The notes beneath the pieces are model-generated. The model saw nothing but the letters and a program-made list of their open reading frames with translations. It did not search any database and had not been told where the DNA came from. 64,000 nt of DNA from Ascidiella aspersa (lineage: Eukaryota), in NCBI GenBank assembly GCA_963924565.1, contig OZ004608.1, positions 26,040,001-26,104,000 of the forward strand. The letters are read 5' to 3'. This document shows positions 50,151 to 64,000 of this stretch, piece after piece; the first letter of the stretch is position 1; each line of letters begins with the position of its first letter. The position numbers were made by a program, and so were the translations under genes.

Positions 50151-52089
50151 CACTAATTCAAGTTATGAAATCTGCATAATACATCAATGTGTTACGTAAC
50201 AATCATATATACCCTGGACGAGAAAGTATTTTAGGTCAACTCGAGTTTGGGCTTTTATCCCATCGTTCATTATTAAATCAATGCACATTATTTGGGTTAG
50301 GGTTCGGGTTAGCGTTTGGGATCGGGTGCGTCAAGTATTATAAATTCCATCTCTTTATTTTATCTATGCCGAGAATTTACCAAAGGTCTAACTACTGCAT
50401 TTCCATAACCTCAATGTCACACGTTTAGGCCCTTGGATACCCTAATTGCCGTAGACCTTATTTCTGATAACTGGACTAATTTCTGACGGGCGGATCGAAT
50501 GGTTCTTTTATCATTGTTTCTTTTTGAAAAATTTAACCGGAACCACCAAATATTCATAGTGAAAATCTTTAAAATAATATTCTCGTTTTTGCTGCTATAT
50601 TATAGTGGACAAAATTTATTTTCGGGGCATATCTTATTTTCACCGTTAAATATTTCAGAATGATTTTTGTCTGAAGCTTTATAGAAAAACCCTACATCGT
50701 GGAATGCTTAAATTTTTAGACAAGACGAAGAGTGGTGTAGATTGTAGGTGTGCATAAGAGGCCCTAAGGGCCTTCGATTGGGGGACAAAAAACCTAAAAT
50801 ATTGTGACGTAGGCCTAATCGCTTTAGCTCTTTGTAGCTATCGACTCCCATTTTGCGGTAGAAAAAAATTTTGGAGGAAATTTCCGGCCCATATCTGTTT
50901 TAGCTTACAGAAACAAGTTAAGGGAAAAAATAAATGTAAAATAAAATAAATAAAAATAAAATAAAGACTAATCCTTGAAAATATAGGACATAAAATGGCA
51001 TCTAAAATAATAATTTCTTATTTTAAGGTAATTTCCCTCTATGGAAATCGTAGTAAATCTAAAAATAGTTTATTACTAGTAAATATTTCAGTCAATCAGT
51101 AGTAAAATGTAAAAACCTAAAATATAATCAGCCAAAAATTAAATTAAATAACTATATATATTTAAAAAATGATAATCAGGTAATTTATTTTTAGTTGTAT
51201 CCAGTCATTGCAGGATATTTTTAAAATGTATAAACCAAACATGTCCGCAAGACCGCAACTATTATTGGAGTCCGTAAAAGTGTGTTGTTGACTACTCAGC
51301 TAGAACAAAGTTTCTGAAATAACAACGTCAGGCATATTCTACTTGCCATTCTAGATTATTTTAATCTAAAGATAGGTGTTTTGGATTGATTCTAGATGTG
51401 GGATTGTACAACCTAGTCAATATGTAACTTTTCAGATTATTAAAAAAAAATATTGTAATTGGTGTCAGATTTATCATCGCGGTCTTCGCGGATAATATTT
51501 TATTAATTTCATAAGTTTAGAATTTTCGCTAGTTTAAAATTAAATAGTAAGGTATAAAATCAAAATCTCAATATACCTGGTCATGTTTACTATGTTTAGT
51601 AATTTTTTTGGCGCTTGTCTAGAATCCTACCACATTCTTTTGCAACTACGCAAACGAGTTGCCAAAATTGAAAATGCAGGATAGAAATAAATATGGAAGA
51701 ATAAATATAATAGTAATACTTGACATCCCAATGCGTACTCGCGCAATACCCAAATTATTTAAAATCTTCAAGCCTTCAGTAAAATTGAATTGTAGAAAGT
51801 TTTGCTTTACCCAAAGAGTTACTTTTGAGTAGAAGCAGATAATCTAAATGGTTGTAAAACATCACTAGAAAAAAAACTGGTGTACAATCGGGGGTTTTAC
51901 ACAAGCACAAAGTTGCTCCCTACCTAGTCGGTGCTGCTGTCCTAATAACAGCAGCATCAAAACAAAACAATTTTTGAAATATAATAAAAATCAATACATT
52001 TTAATGACATATAAAGTTTCAATGAGAATTCTACTTGATGCGTTAGTTGGTTACAAGATTTTCTGTTGCATAGAACATTTGGCTCTGGT

Positions 52090-52420
52090 CTAAAATCCTA
52101 CCACATTTTTGTTCGGGTGGTTCTATTGCTGACATTATTTGGGTATTGTGCGAGTAAGCATTTGGGTTAGGGTGGTTCAAGTATTACTATTGTATTTAAT
52201 GTCCCATATTTATTTATTTATTACAATTTCAAGTCTGACAACTCGTATCGTCGTTGCAGAAGAATCCTACCACTATTTTGTCCGGTGGTTTATATTGCTA
52301 ACATTAGTTGGGTTAGGGTGGAAGTTATTTTTTGGGTCTAAGTAGGTCAAGTATTATTATTATATTTATTACCTCATTTTATTTATTTCCTGTAATTTCA
52401 GTTTTAACAGCTCATTTCAT
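52090..52420 (+). repeat. Two diverged ~170-bp tandem units containing GGGTTAGGG; related fragments at ~50285-50350 and 51621-51637
   Basis: aatcctaccac...attgct(g/a)acatta...tgggttaggg...tcaagtatta repeated. Confidence 0.6.
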
Positions 52421-53001
52421 TACAGTAAAAAAAATGGTAAGACTTTAGACCAGCGCCCTAGATTTAATTTTTTGTAATTCTAGATGTTTACTGTTAGAAA
52501 AAAAATGGCAACTATGATTCCTGCAATTACATATATTTAAGGAAGAGGCTATTTGCCGGCTCGGCTGTTTACCAAACTTTCATTATTGTAATGAATAAAC
52601 CAAAAAAACTGAACCTAAACCAAAACTAATAGTATTTTATAAAAATTGTCAATTTCTGATCAAAACACAATTCAAACTTATAATTCTGCCAACTATAAAA
52701 CACACTGCAGCTTTTTCAATCATTTATGATTTATGCAGTTTTCAGATATGTGCAATATTGTATATTCAATCGGCTGGAAATTCAACTAATTGTATAAAAA
52801 TGTCAATCCCAAGCCAGGTTTTTAGTTTGATTAGTTACCAATGTTCCTCAATGTTAAAAACAGGTGATAATTGATATGTAATTATTAAAATCAGAGAAGA
52901 CACTCTTAAAATGAGTTACTGTAAATATTAGAATGAAGGTACTTGGATGCCTTTTATAAACCGCATTTTTTCATTTGTAGAGTTTAATTTAATCGGGAAA
53001 A

Positions 53002-56000
53002 ATGTCAAAAAGTCAAAAAAGTCACCTAAATCTGAAATCAGTGTTTAACAAGGAAAGAACTTTCAGACCAAAGAAGCGGTTCGACCCTGGTACTGTGAAG
53101 TTTGAGCTTCACAAAAAAGCACAAGCTAGTTTAAGATCAGGTACCTCTTCCTAATGTTAACTAAATTTGTTTATATTTTGTATAATTTATAGTTTTGTTG
53201 GTTGTTGTTTTTGTTTCATACCTATAATAAGCTCACAACCATGGCTAACATCTATTATACTTGATTTTTAAAATATTAAAAAATTAACTGTTATAAAAAC
53301 TTGATTTGTATTGTTGGTTTACAAAAATAACTCCAACATTTTTTTATATATTTACATGAAATATATATTTCATGAATAAGGTGTGTTATTTCAGTGTTGG
53401 ATAATCATATAAAATTTAAAAATAAAATTTAGGTGCTTATTAGCTTATTAACTTATCTTACATGTAGTAAGAATCATTAAAACTGTTTATGTAAAGATTT
53501 GTAATTTATTGTGCCCAAAGGCTAATACATATTTTGATAAACCTAGCTAAAATTAGGCCGATATAAAGTTTTTGTTTATCTTCATGATCTGTTACAGGAA
53601 TTGTTAAATATTGTTGCGGCATTATTGGCACAACACTAGGGATGTTAAAAGTAGAATATTGAATCCTTGGATTCGAATCCCAATGGATCTGTATCCAATT
53701 CTGCTGTATATTTTGGGTAATTGGAACCAATATAATTTAATAATTTACCGACGATGGTTGTTCCTAATTGTACATACCAAGTTTGTAGTGCTTGCTTTAA
53801 ATGTAGCCTTGTAGTGAAGTGTCAGCGTTTTTTTCGGGGGTGGTGGCCCATTAATTAGTGTCTCGCGATAGATTTTGTCTAACAATTAAGTTTCATTTAA
53901 GGGTTATTGGGCGAGCAACTTTCATGTAATGCCAGGTGCAGAGTTTACAATTTCCTTAACTGTGTTAAGTTGCAAAAGTAATATTCCGTCGTAAAACATG
54001 CTGGCCTTCAGACAAAACGCGCTACAGAGTTACTTACACACAACAATGTTTTTTAAAAAACAGGACCGAATTTCTGAGGAGCTTAAAATAATTCATTGTG
54101 TTGTGTTGCATTGCACTCACTAGTCACTATATTGGCAAAAAATAGGTTTTGGCAACAACCTGGACATGTATTACAGTTTAGACAACTGCTTGTTAAACAT
54201 TTGTGAGAATATTTTATATTACTGTCACATACACATGTTAGAAAATTGTTTTGCGATTTATTGCTGTGACTATATTAAGATTAATCCCTCCACTCAAACA
54301 AAAAATAATTTAATAAAAATATACTAGGATTCAATATTATATTCTGGATTTAATATTCTAAATTTGAAACCTAAAGTTCTAGAATCCTCTAGGATTCTAC
54401 TTTAAACATCCCGCCACTACACCATCATAAAATAATCATTTGGCAAACATTAATCATTTTGATATATACAATTTAGTTATGTCTAATCCAACTCTCAATG
54501 TTTTTTCTGCCAAACTTTACACTTTCAGCAATAATATTATTATTGTGAAATGTAGTTTAATGGATTCAAATCTAGCAACTTGATCTTTGTCTTTTAAAGA
54601 AAGTTATTTTTGTTTTAAATTATCCTTATTATGACTTAACCTATAGATAGTTAACTTAAATATATTTTACTCCGCATACAAAATTACCTGTTTAGTGGGC
54701 ATTTTGTAACGTTAAATTAGGAGAGAAGCTTGAGAAACCCTGTGAAAAACAAGGCACTGTCTATGTATGTAACAATTAATATACACAACAAGCAAAAAAG
54801 TAATTTGATCACGGGATGTGTTTTCTTTTGAATCATGGCTTTACCAAATGTGTAAATAACTATATTTTCACTTTTGCCTTCAAAACTTGTACCACTTTGT
54901 GCTTAATTTTCTGAAAATCCAAAAAAATATAGTAACAGGGTTGGGATTTTGCCCGGTATGGCTTACTTATTGTAAGTTTGTAAGCAAGTCAGATAAACTT
55001 GTTTACTTGCGGCCAGTAGAATTTTTGATAAAATATGATGGTTAGTGTTGAGCACGTAACTACATTCCATTTGTCCATCCATGCGTTTAAATAAACGCGC
55101 TGATTTATAGCTTTAGAAATGTATATCGCACCTAAATAGTAAGACAAGTTAAATATAAAAAAACAGTTTTGTAGGACAGAAGTTTGCGAATGGCCTGCCA
55201 ATATTTTTGGCAAGTGTTTGCGTAACTGTTGAGTGCAAATTTTGTTTCAATGACAACCATGTAATGATAACTTAACTGAATTAAGTATGTAAATCTTTAG
55301 TAAAATATTTTGTGCTTTAAATATACAGGATTGGATTTGAAAAACATTGTTGTCTTACCTGAAGGAGAAGATATTAATGATTGGATTGCTGTACATGTTG
55401 TTGATTTTTTCAATCGTATTAACCTGATCTATGGAACAGTGGCAGATTTCTGCACATGCGAGGTTGGATTTAATTTGATGCTGGACAGGAAGTAAAAAGT
55501 TATGACGCATTTACTCTATGAGTCATATAAGCAGTGTGACTGTTGCTTTGGTACAACTTAAGACTTGTTCTTTTTAATCTCCAATATATTTATTTAACTA
55601 CAAAATATTACCTTTAAACAGTTTATTCAATTTTTATTAATTTATTTTTACCCAATTGAAAATTGAATTAAGACAAAATTTAATCTTTGATTATTTGGTA
55701 AATCAAATTAGTAAATTATGTTCATGAAATGCAGTGAGTGTTTTAATGGTAAAATAATTCTCTCGAATATTCAACAATTCAGTTCAGTGTCATTCAAAAT
55801 ACAATATTTTTATCTTGGCATTGTTGTATTCACTTGGCTTTTTGATTTGTACATTTTATAAAATTTTGGAAGAAAATCTTCATGTTTTATAGTTCAAGTG
55901 GTAATTTTGTTAAAGTGATTCGTATGACATCTGATTTATCTTTTTGTTGTTTACAGTCCTGCCCTATTATGTCGGGTGGTCCTAAGTATGAATACAGATG

Positions 56001-59000
56001 GCAGGACAACAATAAATATAAGAAACCAACTAACTTACCGGCATCAGATTATGTTGCTGAACTAATGCAATGGATAGAACAGTTAATAAATGACGAGTCT
56101 GTTTTCCCTACAAAAGTTGGTAAGTGTGGTGATATAGATAGCTTTTACCATATGCATGAATATGTGCTAAACCAGTGTATTAAAGTTGATATTGGTTTTA
56201 GAATAAATTGGGGGACATTGTTTAAGGCATAAGTGAACATAAATGTTATGTTGTGTAATTTAAGTTTGGTATATATTTAAATTAAAGATTTGAAATATTT
56301 TGGTTTAGAATATATATTTGTTTGTTAAAATTAAGAACTATTTGTTTGAACTGTAAACCTTTTTGGTAATATTTTGCCGGCTGGTAAACTCAAGAAGTTG
56401 GTCAAACATATTGTTTGCCAAAAGAACAGGTGTTTTATTTCTACAATTATATATACAAGTCATATGTATTGTGTGAATTTAATGTTTGTGTCATAAAATA
56501 TGAATACAAGAAATATCATAACACATACATTGAATGTTGAAGAATGCTTTGCCATATGTTGAATCAGATATTCATCAAACAGTTTATTGCCAGAACACAC
56601 TGTTAAAACACATCTGTAGAGCTTTTCACAAGCACCACTTTTTGGGAATATTTTGATGTTTTTAATATTTTTCGCTTTTTTTTAAGTAATATTTTGCTTT
56701 TCTAAATTGGGAAATCAGTGTTCATTAAAAAATAAACTGTCAAATTTAAAGGAAAATCAGACAGTATGGCTAATCCTTCCTGGATTTAGTAAGAGCCATT
56801 GTTTTTATTGATAATAAATGGTGTTTACATGTTCTGATTAAACCAAATGGAAACCTGCTTGCACCTTTGAATAACAGGAACCCCATTTCCCAAGTCGTTT
56901 CAAGGGACATGTAAGAAGATCTTGACACGACTTCATCGTGTGTTTGTGCATGTGTACATTCATCATTTTGACCGTGTTCATGTAAGTGTCTCTACCCCAA
57001 TAAATTACTTCCTCTTCGCTATTATTATTTACTTTATTGGCAATGCACCAATAATGCGTCCGACCTAAACTATTTTTGTCAAGCACAAAGTTTGGCTTGA
57101 TTTTATTTTAATCTAAGGATATAGAGAAGTAATTATATGATGGGCTCTATTCCTAATAACATCATGTATGCTCTTTAATTTTTTAACATAAAATAAACGC
57201 ACTATGTAACCACATGACTGTGTATAAAACGTGTTTCTAGGCTGATTGTACATGACAGAACAGGACAATTGCCATGTTTAGTATTGTAAATTAGTTGTTT
57301 GGCCAAAATTCTTGCTTTTGGGTTTCAATGTGTGTGATCTGAACTAGCCATGCGAAATTACGGTTAACATTTGATTGACGTCCATGACGCAAGTTCCTAA
57401 TTAATTAGCAAAGAGTATCTTTGTTAATGCACAAGCATTGCACGACTCCACACACTTCCTATTTAACAAAAATGAAAGTACTTTGCATGTAGTTATTTCA
57501 AACCTCCTTTATAAAAACATATAATCTTTAATCTTGTATTGTGGATGCTTTAAATGTAGAATATTTTTTACAGGTGAAGCATATATATTTTAAGATAGAT
57601 ATTTTAGTACTTGTGTAGGCATAAAAACATGGGTACCTGTAAAGTTTAATGAAAATATGCATCATAATAAAATTTGCCTAAATAAAGCTTTACACGCTTA
57701 CAACCCATCATAACACACCTGTCTCATTTGGCCTTTTATCACTTTGCCCTAATTAGAAGAACAATAAAATAGTGCAAGTGTCCATTGTACTAAATTAAAG
57801 TCCTAAACTGTAAGATCATATGGCAAGACAAAATTGTATTTGGGCATTGGCAAGCTTTTACACATATTTGCTTGAATAATTCACAGGAAGAAAAAACATT
57901 CCTTGTTGTCAATTTAAATAAACTACCCCCTTTTCATTTAACCATTTTATTGTACTAGATCACAAACTCACCATGAATTAGACCAAGCAAACTAAACCCT
58001 GGCAATTGTGACCCACTGAATCCCATCATTCATGTTTATTTGTGCATAGAAAAGTGGGACAAATGCATATTCAAAAATAAAAACGAATTCACCCACCCCA
58101 CTGTACTTTAATTTGTTTTTTTATACCATGAAAACAAGGTTAAATATAAAATGGGTAAAATACAAACATTACCTTATTCTTCACAGAGCATGGGTGCTGA
58201 AGCCCATATCAATGCCTGCTACAAACATTTTTTCTACTTCGTCAAGTACTTTAACCTTGTTGACAAGAGAGAGCTAGAACCTTTGGTGAGCATACTTTTT
58301 CTCATATTATGTGTTGATTTTTCCTTTTATCTCTGAAGTACATTTATTGTTGAAAGTAGAAGATAAAGGTTTAATATATCTGGTGTTTAATACCCAAGTT
58401 TAATATTGCCGGTGCGCTGAGTGAAAATTGTACATTAAGTCCACTTAACTGTTTTAAGCAAAAGGTGCACACATAAAAATTAAACCTTGTTCAGGCCCGG
58501 TTACTGTGTTTACCACATTAAAACATTGCAAACGCAGGACATAAATATACTGTGTCAGCTTGTGGGCTGGACTGTTTCACATTTTCTTTATTTTGGCAAA
58601 TTTTCTAGAAACACTGCTTATTTGCAGTTATTAGCAATAAATTCGACAACCAATTTTACCACTTTAAAAGTCCACCCTGCTAAACATGTTATTTACGAGT
58701 TTTAAAGTAGGTGACATACATTAATTTTACCAAATCATTTGTCATGGTCCTACGAAAGTTTTTCAGTACCCCCGCATCTAACTTTGACTGTTTGCAGGAT
58801 TTTCACAAGCATCGCTGCTTTAGATCCGTTTGCTTGTGATAGTTACTTGTTTGTTTATGATCTCCGTTTTTAATATAAAGTATATACAGCGGGATAGCGT
58901 TGCATATAGTTTCAGAGATACGTTCATATGTCGTTACATGTACTCAACATTTCATTTACTTTTAAACAGCTTTAACATTAAATATTTACCATCTAAATAC

Positions 59001-59319
59001 TTCCATACATCACACGTGCGTATAATTATAGAGTCACTCTTATTGCAAATATTATTGAATTCCATTTGTCTTTCTTTGCTCTAGTCTAGTTAAGCCCCTC
59101 ATTTTGTATCACGCGACAAATTTGTGTCAGTGTGTATAGTTTTTATGTCATTGTCATTAATTAAAATAAATTTGTAATGAGGTGGTTTTTGATCTTTTTA
59201 ATTTTCAAAACAACTTCCAATTTTGTACTTGGGAAATTTTGGTTTGAGTAATGTTTCGTGATTGTCTGTCCATTTCCTCATTGCAGAAAGAAATGCAACA
59301 GACAATTTGTCATCAGTAA
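53002..59319 (+). CDS. MOB3: MOB kinase activator 3 (MOB3 family), 223 aa, 6 exons
   Basis: Exons 53002-53140, 55329-55462, 55957-56119, 56878-56981, 58187-58285, 59287-59319 (672 nt, phases consistent). Motifs [77 protein letters not shown] match MOB3 rather than MOB1. Confidence 0.95.
53637..54414. mobile_element. hAT-like MITE in MOB3 intron 1
   Basis: TIR TAGGGATGTTAAAAGTAGAAT / ATTCTACTTTAAACATCCC(gc); flanks cacaacac / cactacac (7/8). Confidence 0.7.
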
Positions 59320-61120
59320 GATGCAACCCGGCACACTTGATGCGATCATTCCCTGGCACAATTACGCAGCAACATATAAAACAAATTGCGCGGAGTGCTC
59401 ACCAACAAGCCGAACGAGCCAATTTTGTAAAACAGTGTCTCAGTGGAAAAGCATGTATGTTATCAATGGTGTTGCTGATCGTTTATGTTTGAGCATATAT
59501 TGCGCAATAAACTGCATTGCTCCACTTTTCAACTTGTTCTGCTATTGTATATTGCCGACCGCTAGGAGCGAATCAATGTTTTTATTTTTTTAATTCTCAA
59601 AAATTGTTCGTCTTTCACAAGCTTTTTTATACTAGCCGAATGTTGTTACATGTATGAACATTGTGAAATTATCACAATCCTCATAAACAATATTGCCGTG
59701 CCTTATCAATCATATAGTGCTGCATTTATAATCGTTTAGATTTTCGCGACAAACAGAACACCCGAGCCCACGTTCCAATAACCACGTCTTAGGCACCATT
59801 TTAATTTCGTGTTGTTTTGCGGTGAATTTTTTTTTTGACGTTGTATTAGAAAGTTACTAAGACTTCACTGTACTAATTCACTTGTGTTTAAGTGTCTATA
59901 TCTCTATATAATTCACCATTCTTTATCAATTATCTTTGTATTTTAATACACGTTTTCTAAAAATACGTTGCCTTATAGGGATTCCCGTTTGTTTAGAGAA
60001 AAACATTTTATCGTTAACATCGTGTTAATATTCCATTAGAAAATATGAATGATCAAAAGCTTTTATTTTTTGGATTTTGAAACCCCGTTTGGTCACCAAA
60101 CCCAGTGGACTTTTAAGTAAATTTGTTCGCTAAACCGCTTGAGATTAAGTTTTTCTTTCCATGTTTCTTATTTTGCGGTCTTTCTCGTTCATCATTGTGC
60201 AGCGCAACGTACGAAGTGTAAATAAAGCTAATTTCAATAAAATCCGCGAAATACCTGCGTGATGCTTAGATTGCAAACGTGGGGTGTTGACAGGCAAACA
60301 CACACCAATACGCAAACGAACGCGTTGATGACACACCATCCGCAACGCATCAATTGTGAAACAGGTTGGACAAGGTATGTGCACGAACAATAGTAACTTT
60401 CTCAATAACAAGAGTTTTACAAAATCCTTTATTGTAAACTAGATACATTTTTTTCTAAAATATATCCTACGCCAAATTTTACTGGCAATTTCGTACAAGA
60501 GATCATTAAATATATCCTAGATGTTTTACCCAAAACGTCTTATTTTCGCCAACAATGTGTAATATTTAGAAGTTTTCCTAAGGTTTAAAATTGGCTTTAC
60601 ATTTTAAATTATAGTTACGTTCCTTTTTGTATTGCATTGTACATTTCTTATATCATTAGGGAATGTTATCCGATATACGCAGTTCTATTGTGTCGAACAA
60701 ATACATATGAATACCAACAATCCAAAATGCAGCTAATCAAACCTTTATAGCTGTTCCCTTACCGCTAGATGTCGTCAGTTCATGACCACACCATATGACT
60801 CTTCGGTCAAAACTCTATTCACAAACAATCTCTTTCCGTTGTTGTGTGCACGTTTTGTTATTTACCGTTGTAAATACGCCGAATCTGTTCCGAATTTAAA
60901 TATGTTCTTCAATGTGGTCAAATCGGTCCAGAAATCGCTTACTAAGAATAATAAAATGAATGACTTTCTGCAAGTGAACAGGGCTCTTTTAAAGCCAGGT
61001 TCAAGTAATCCCGAATCCCTGGCTGTCTTGTAATGCCTATACCTGCTAAATCGTAGCTTTCTAACATGTATTTTATCTCGCCCCTTTACTGTCGCATTCG
61101 TTTTGCTGTGTCCTTAAATG

Positions 61121-61126
61121 AATAAA
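61121..61126 (+). terminator. Candidate distal polyadenylation signal of MOB3
   Basis: AATAAA ending a T-rich 1.8-kb UTR-like stretch; other AATAAA at ~59505 and ~60221. Confidence 0.3.
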
Positions 61127-62410
61127 AAATCCTATAAAAAAAAGTCACGTCAAACAATGGTCGTATGAACATTGTAAAGCGATAAGTCAGTTGGTTGGTG
61201 ACTCAGAAAAATCTCTTGCTACAGATTTCTTGCCCAATGGACCCCATGTATAAACGGATTTACACGACAAATGTTATGCTAAAAACATATATGAAGGAGA
61301 ATTACACTGCCTTTGGTCTCAACTAAATGAAGGAAAAGACAATGAATTCTATATATGGTCAGGTCAGACCTCTATCAGTGGCAACTTTTGCAGTGATTGG
61401 TACCAGATTAGAGATCTCTTTTCGTTTTGCTACTTTTCACACGACAAATGAAACTTTTGAGTATGAACCACTAAACTTTGTTGAATTCGTTTTAACTGTA
61501 CGAAGCAAAATTTCTCGGTGTTTACGAACCCCCCGCAGTCTTATCTCTGCCTAAAACGGCGCAAATTTCTCACAATCGATTACCAGAGGGTCCTGTGAGT
61601 TTAAGCTTGTCCAGCCATCCATGTCGTATTGAATGGAGGAATCTGTTTTACCATCCGCTTCCGTTATCGAACGACATGCAAGATGGAAAGAAAAGAGAAA
61701 AAGCATCCCAGGGGAGCGGCATTTTCTTACGCTGCTATGTAACAGCGCATGGCAATTAAGTTTTCGCAAACACTCTCGAGTGGAGGTTTTCATAGAACGT
61801 TGCTAATGAGCGTAATTCGAAAATGATTTGTAAGCATTGATAGAAGTTTTTGCAAGTTTTGATAAGACAGGCTAAGATTCAAAATATTATACCACATGTA
61901 TTCTTTATAGAAATGAGGTTTTTTCAATAGGACTTTGTAGATTTGTTTTGTTCTAATTTTAGATTTAACGTATTTTAATCTATAAATATTTTTAAAAGTT
62001 TGCTGTCAATTTGAGATTTTTTTAAATTGTTATCATTGGAAATCGTTATCAATTAAGACTTGGTCGTTTATATTTTTTAAATCGTATCATTGGAATCTAT
62101 AAAAAAAAGTCTTACAATGTGTGGCGAAAATATGTTAAAAACGTGACGAAAAGTGTCGTAAAAACGAAGAACAGCATGCGTAACGTAACTAGCCAATTTC
62201 TTGATTTCACGTTTACGTTGTATCACGGAGACACGCAATCAGACCTATAAAGCAATAATATCTAAAGCGAAATTATCTATAATACCATAATATTACGGCA
62301 TTAGACATAACCCAAATAAGCATGCAGTACAACGATCTAAAAATGTAAGTTATTTGGTATAACAACTAAAAGGCCTAGATAAAACCTAAAACTGTGGGAA
62401 CAGGCTATAA

Positions 62411-62825
62411 CAGGGTTTCCCAAACTGTGGTCCGCGGACCCTTGGTGGTCCGCGACGACTGCACTCGTCTGTGGCGATATGACAAGAAATCAAAAAGTTA
62501 CACATATACGTTGTACAGTAAGTAGCCTTTCAAAGTTAGTTCCCGCAGTTATTCACAACCTAATGATTATGAAAGCTTTTGCTATCCAGTATGTAGTGAA
62601 AAGTTGTTTACGAAAAATTCTTGTTTTCCTCGTCTATGATGTAATAATATATTCTTATTGCCATTCTGAATAATAATGGTCCGGACTTTCGGTGGACTCT
62701 GACTTACTAGTTTGCCTTTCACAAATAACTCCGAGAATTAATGATTTATGCAAACAGAGGCAATGCCATCCATCCAATTGATGTTGTCAGTTATGCAAAC
62801 AAATAAAATTATTTGGGAACCCCTG
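62411..62825. mobile_element. hAT MITE, family A copy 2
   Basis: Same left end as 48378 (cagggtttcccaaactgtggtccgcggacc) and shared internal blocks; right end tttgggaacccctg; flanks ggctataa / ggttatgg (5/8). Confidence 0.85.
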
Positions 62826-64000
62826 GGTTATGGGACGATTGGGACCACCGGTATGACATCGGCCGTTTTGGCGTCGACGTTTGTGAGCCACTGTTTTGTC
62901 ACCGGACTGTTTAACCCTGTCTGGAGTTAAGGTTGGGTAATGAAGGAAGTTAGAATGGGGGTTGAGGTTGAAATGGTTGGAATTAGTGATGAAGTTAGGG
63001 GTGAGATTTGGGGTTATTTAAAATGTTTTTGAATCTCATTACGGAAATTTAGGTCTTTTTCCGATGGTTTTAGATCATATACGTTTTAAACAGTTTATAG
63101 CAGGGCAAAGATGTAGCCTACAGTCTGCCGCCTTATTACAAATTGCAGTTTACGACATCGAAAAATGACTCTTTCGTTAAGTGAACAGAATAACAAATTT
63201 TTAAAACAGAGGCCGGTGATTTAGCTACCCCGTTAATTGGCATGTTGACGTATTTATGACGGTACACCATGTAAGTCGCCTTTCGTCAGCAATACCCGCA
63301 GACGCCCGTAAATCCTCAAATACATTAAAAATGCATGCGATTGAATCAACGAAATGCCTATATGTCGCCGGTAATCGAATGCTGCCCGTAAAGAGAGAAT
63401 TTGCATTAGGCACACACTGGGCTTTCAAAGCCGGAAGTAACGCACACCAATCGTTATCACTTGTGTTAAACAGGACAAAGTGTGCTCTTAAGCTGTTACA
63501 AAAGATCATGTGTTGTTTTGCGAAATACCTTTTTTGTTTAAATAAAACGGCACAGAAAGGACGGATAAAACTACAGACAGTCGATACCTATGACTTGGGT
63601 TAAACAAATTAATTTCACGATATTTAAAATATGCCGCCTTGTTTATATTTAGACAAATCTGATCCTAAATTCGGTTTCTGTCCGCAAAAATTATATTGGA
63701 CCGCATAGTTTATCATATTAACAATTTTTTTAATTAAAGAAATAACTTGTTACTTTTTTAACAGGATAAACTATATAGCCAATTTGACAACATCAACTTG
63801 CCGCAATGTTCTTGAAGTTAAGAGTGTATGTCGTCATTCTATCTGCTTCTTTAGGTAAGTCGGGTTTATGGATGTCCAATAATATCGGATCGGAAACAAA
63901 ATATAATGGTATTTCAGTCATGTTTTGCTATCAACCGCTTTTATTTCAACTTTTTGGTAAATATATTGAAAAAAGAATAGGTTAAGATCTGAACGTAACT

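Noticed and set aside
50290-52325. GGGTTAGGG as interstitial telomere
   Set aside because: Single units within a dispersed repeat, not arrays
61327-63603. ORFs at 61.3-61.8 and 63.2-63.6 kb as exons of a neighbouring gene
   Set aside because: No recognisable protein or convincing splice chain within the window

Overview
Eukaryotic (animal) genomic DNA. No prokaryotic features and no CRISPR array are present. Chordate-like MOB3, many 68-150 nt introns, patchy CpG depletion and frequent TGACGTCA suggest a tunicate/ascidian, but that is inference only. (1) 1-31.7 kb, minus strand: one large gene rebuilt by hand into 15 GT-AG exons with fully consistent phases (>1079 aa, running off the left edge). 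It encodes a forkhead domain, an atypical C2H2 finger, a poly-Q tract, a second C2H2 finger and PLDL(x). This order is unusual for a Fox factor and is not FoxP. Its introns are CpG-rich, nearly TE-free and enriched in forkhead and CRE motifs. (2) 36-40.3 kb, plus strand: a 2.3-kb open exon with three TQT (LC8-type) motifs and ~30 degenerate 18-aa repeats carrying SxIP (EB1-type) motifs. The apparent upstream signal/TM exons are damaged. (3) 40.5-52.5 kb: a TE pile-up of hAT/Buster MITEs with perfect 8-bp TSDs, a short Helitron with a tRNA-like fragment, a defective CsRn1-like Gypsy element and two long inverted repeats. (4) 53.0-59.3 kb, plus strand: an intact 6-exon MOB3 gene (223 aa) with a CpG-depleted body. 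All exon models were built by hand, without expression data.
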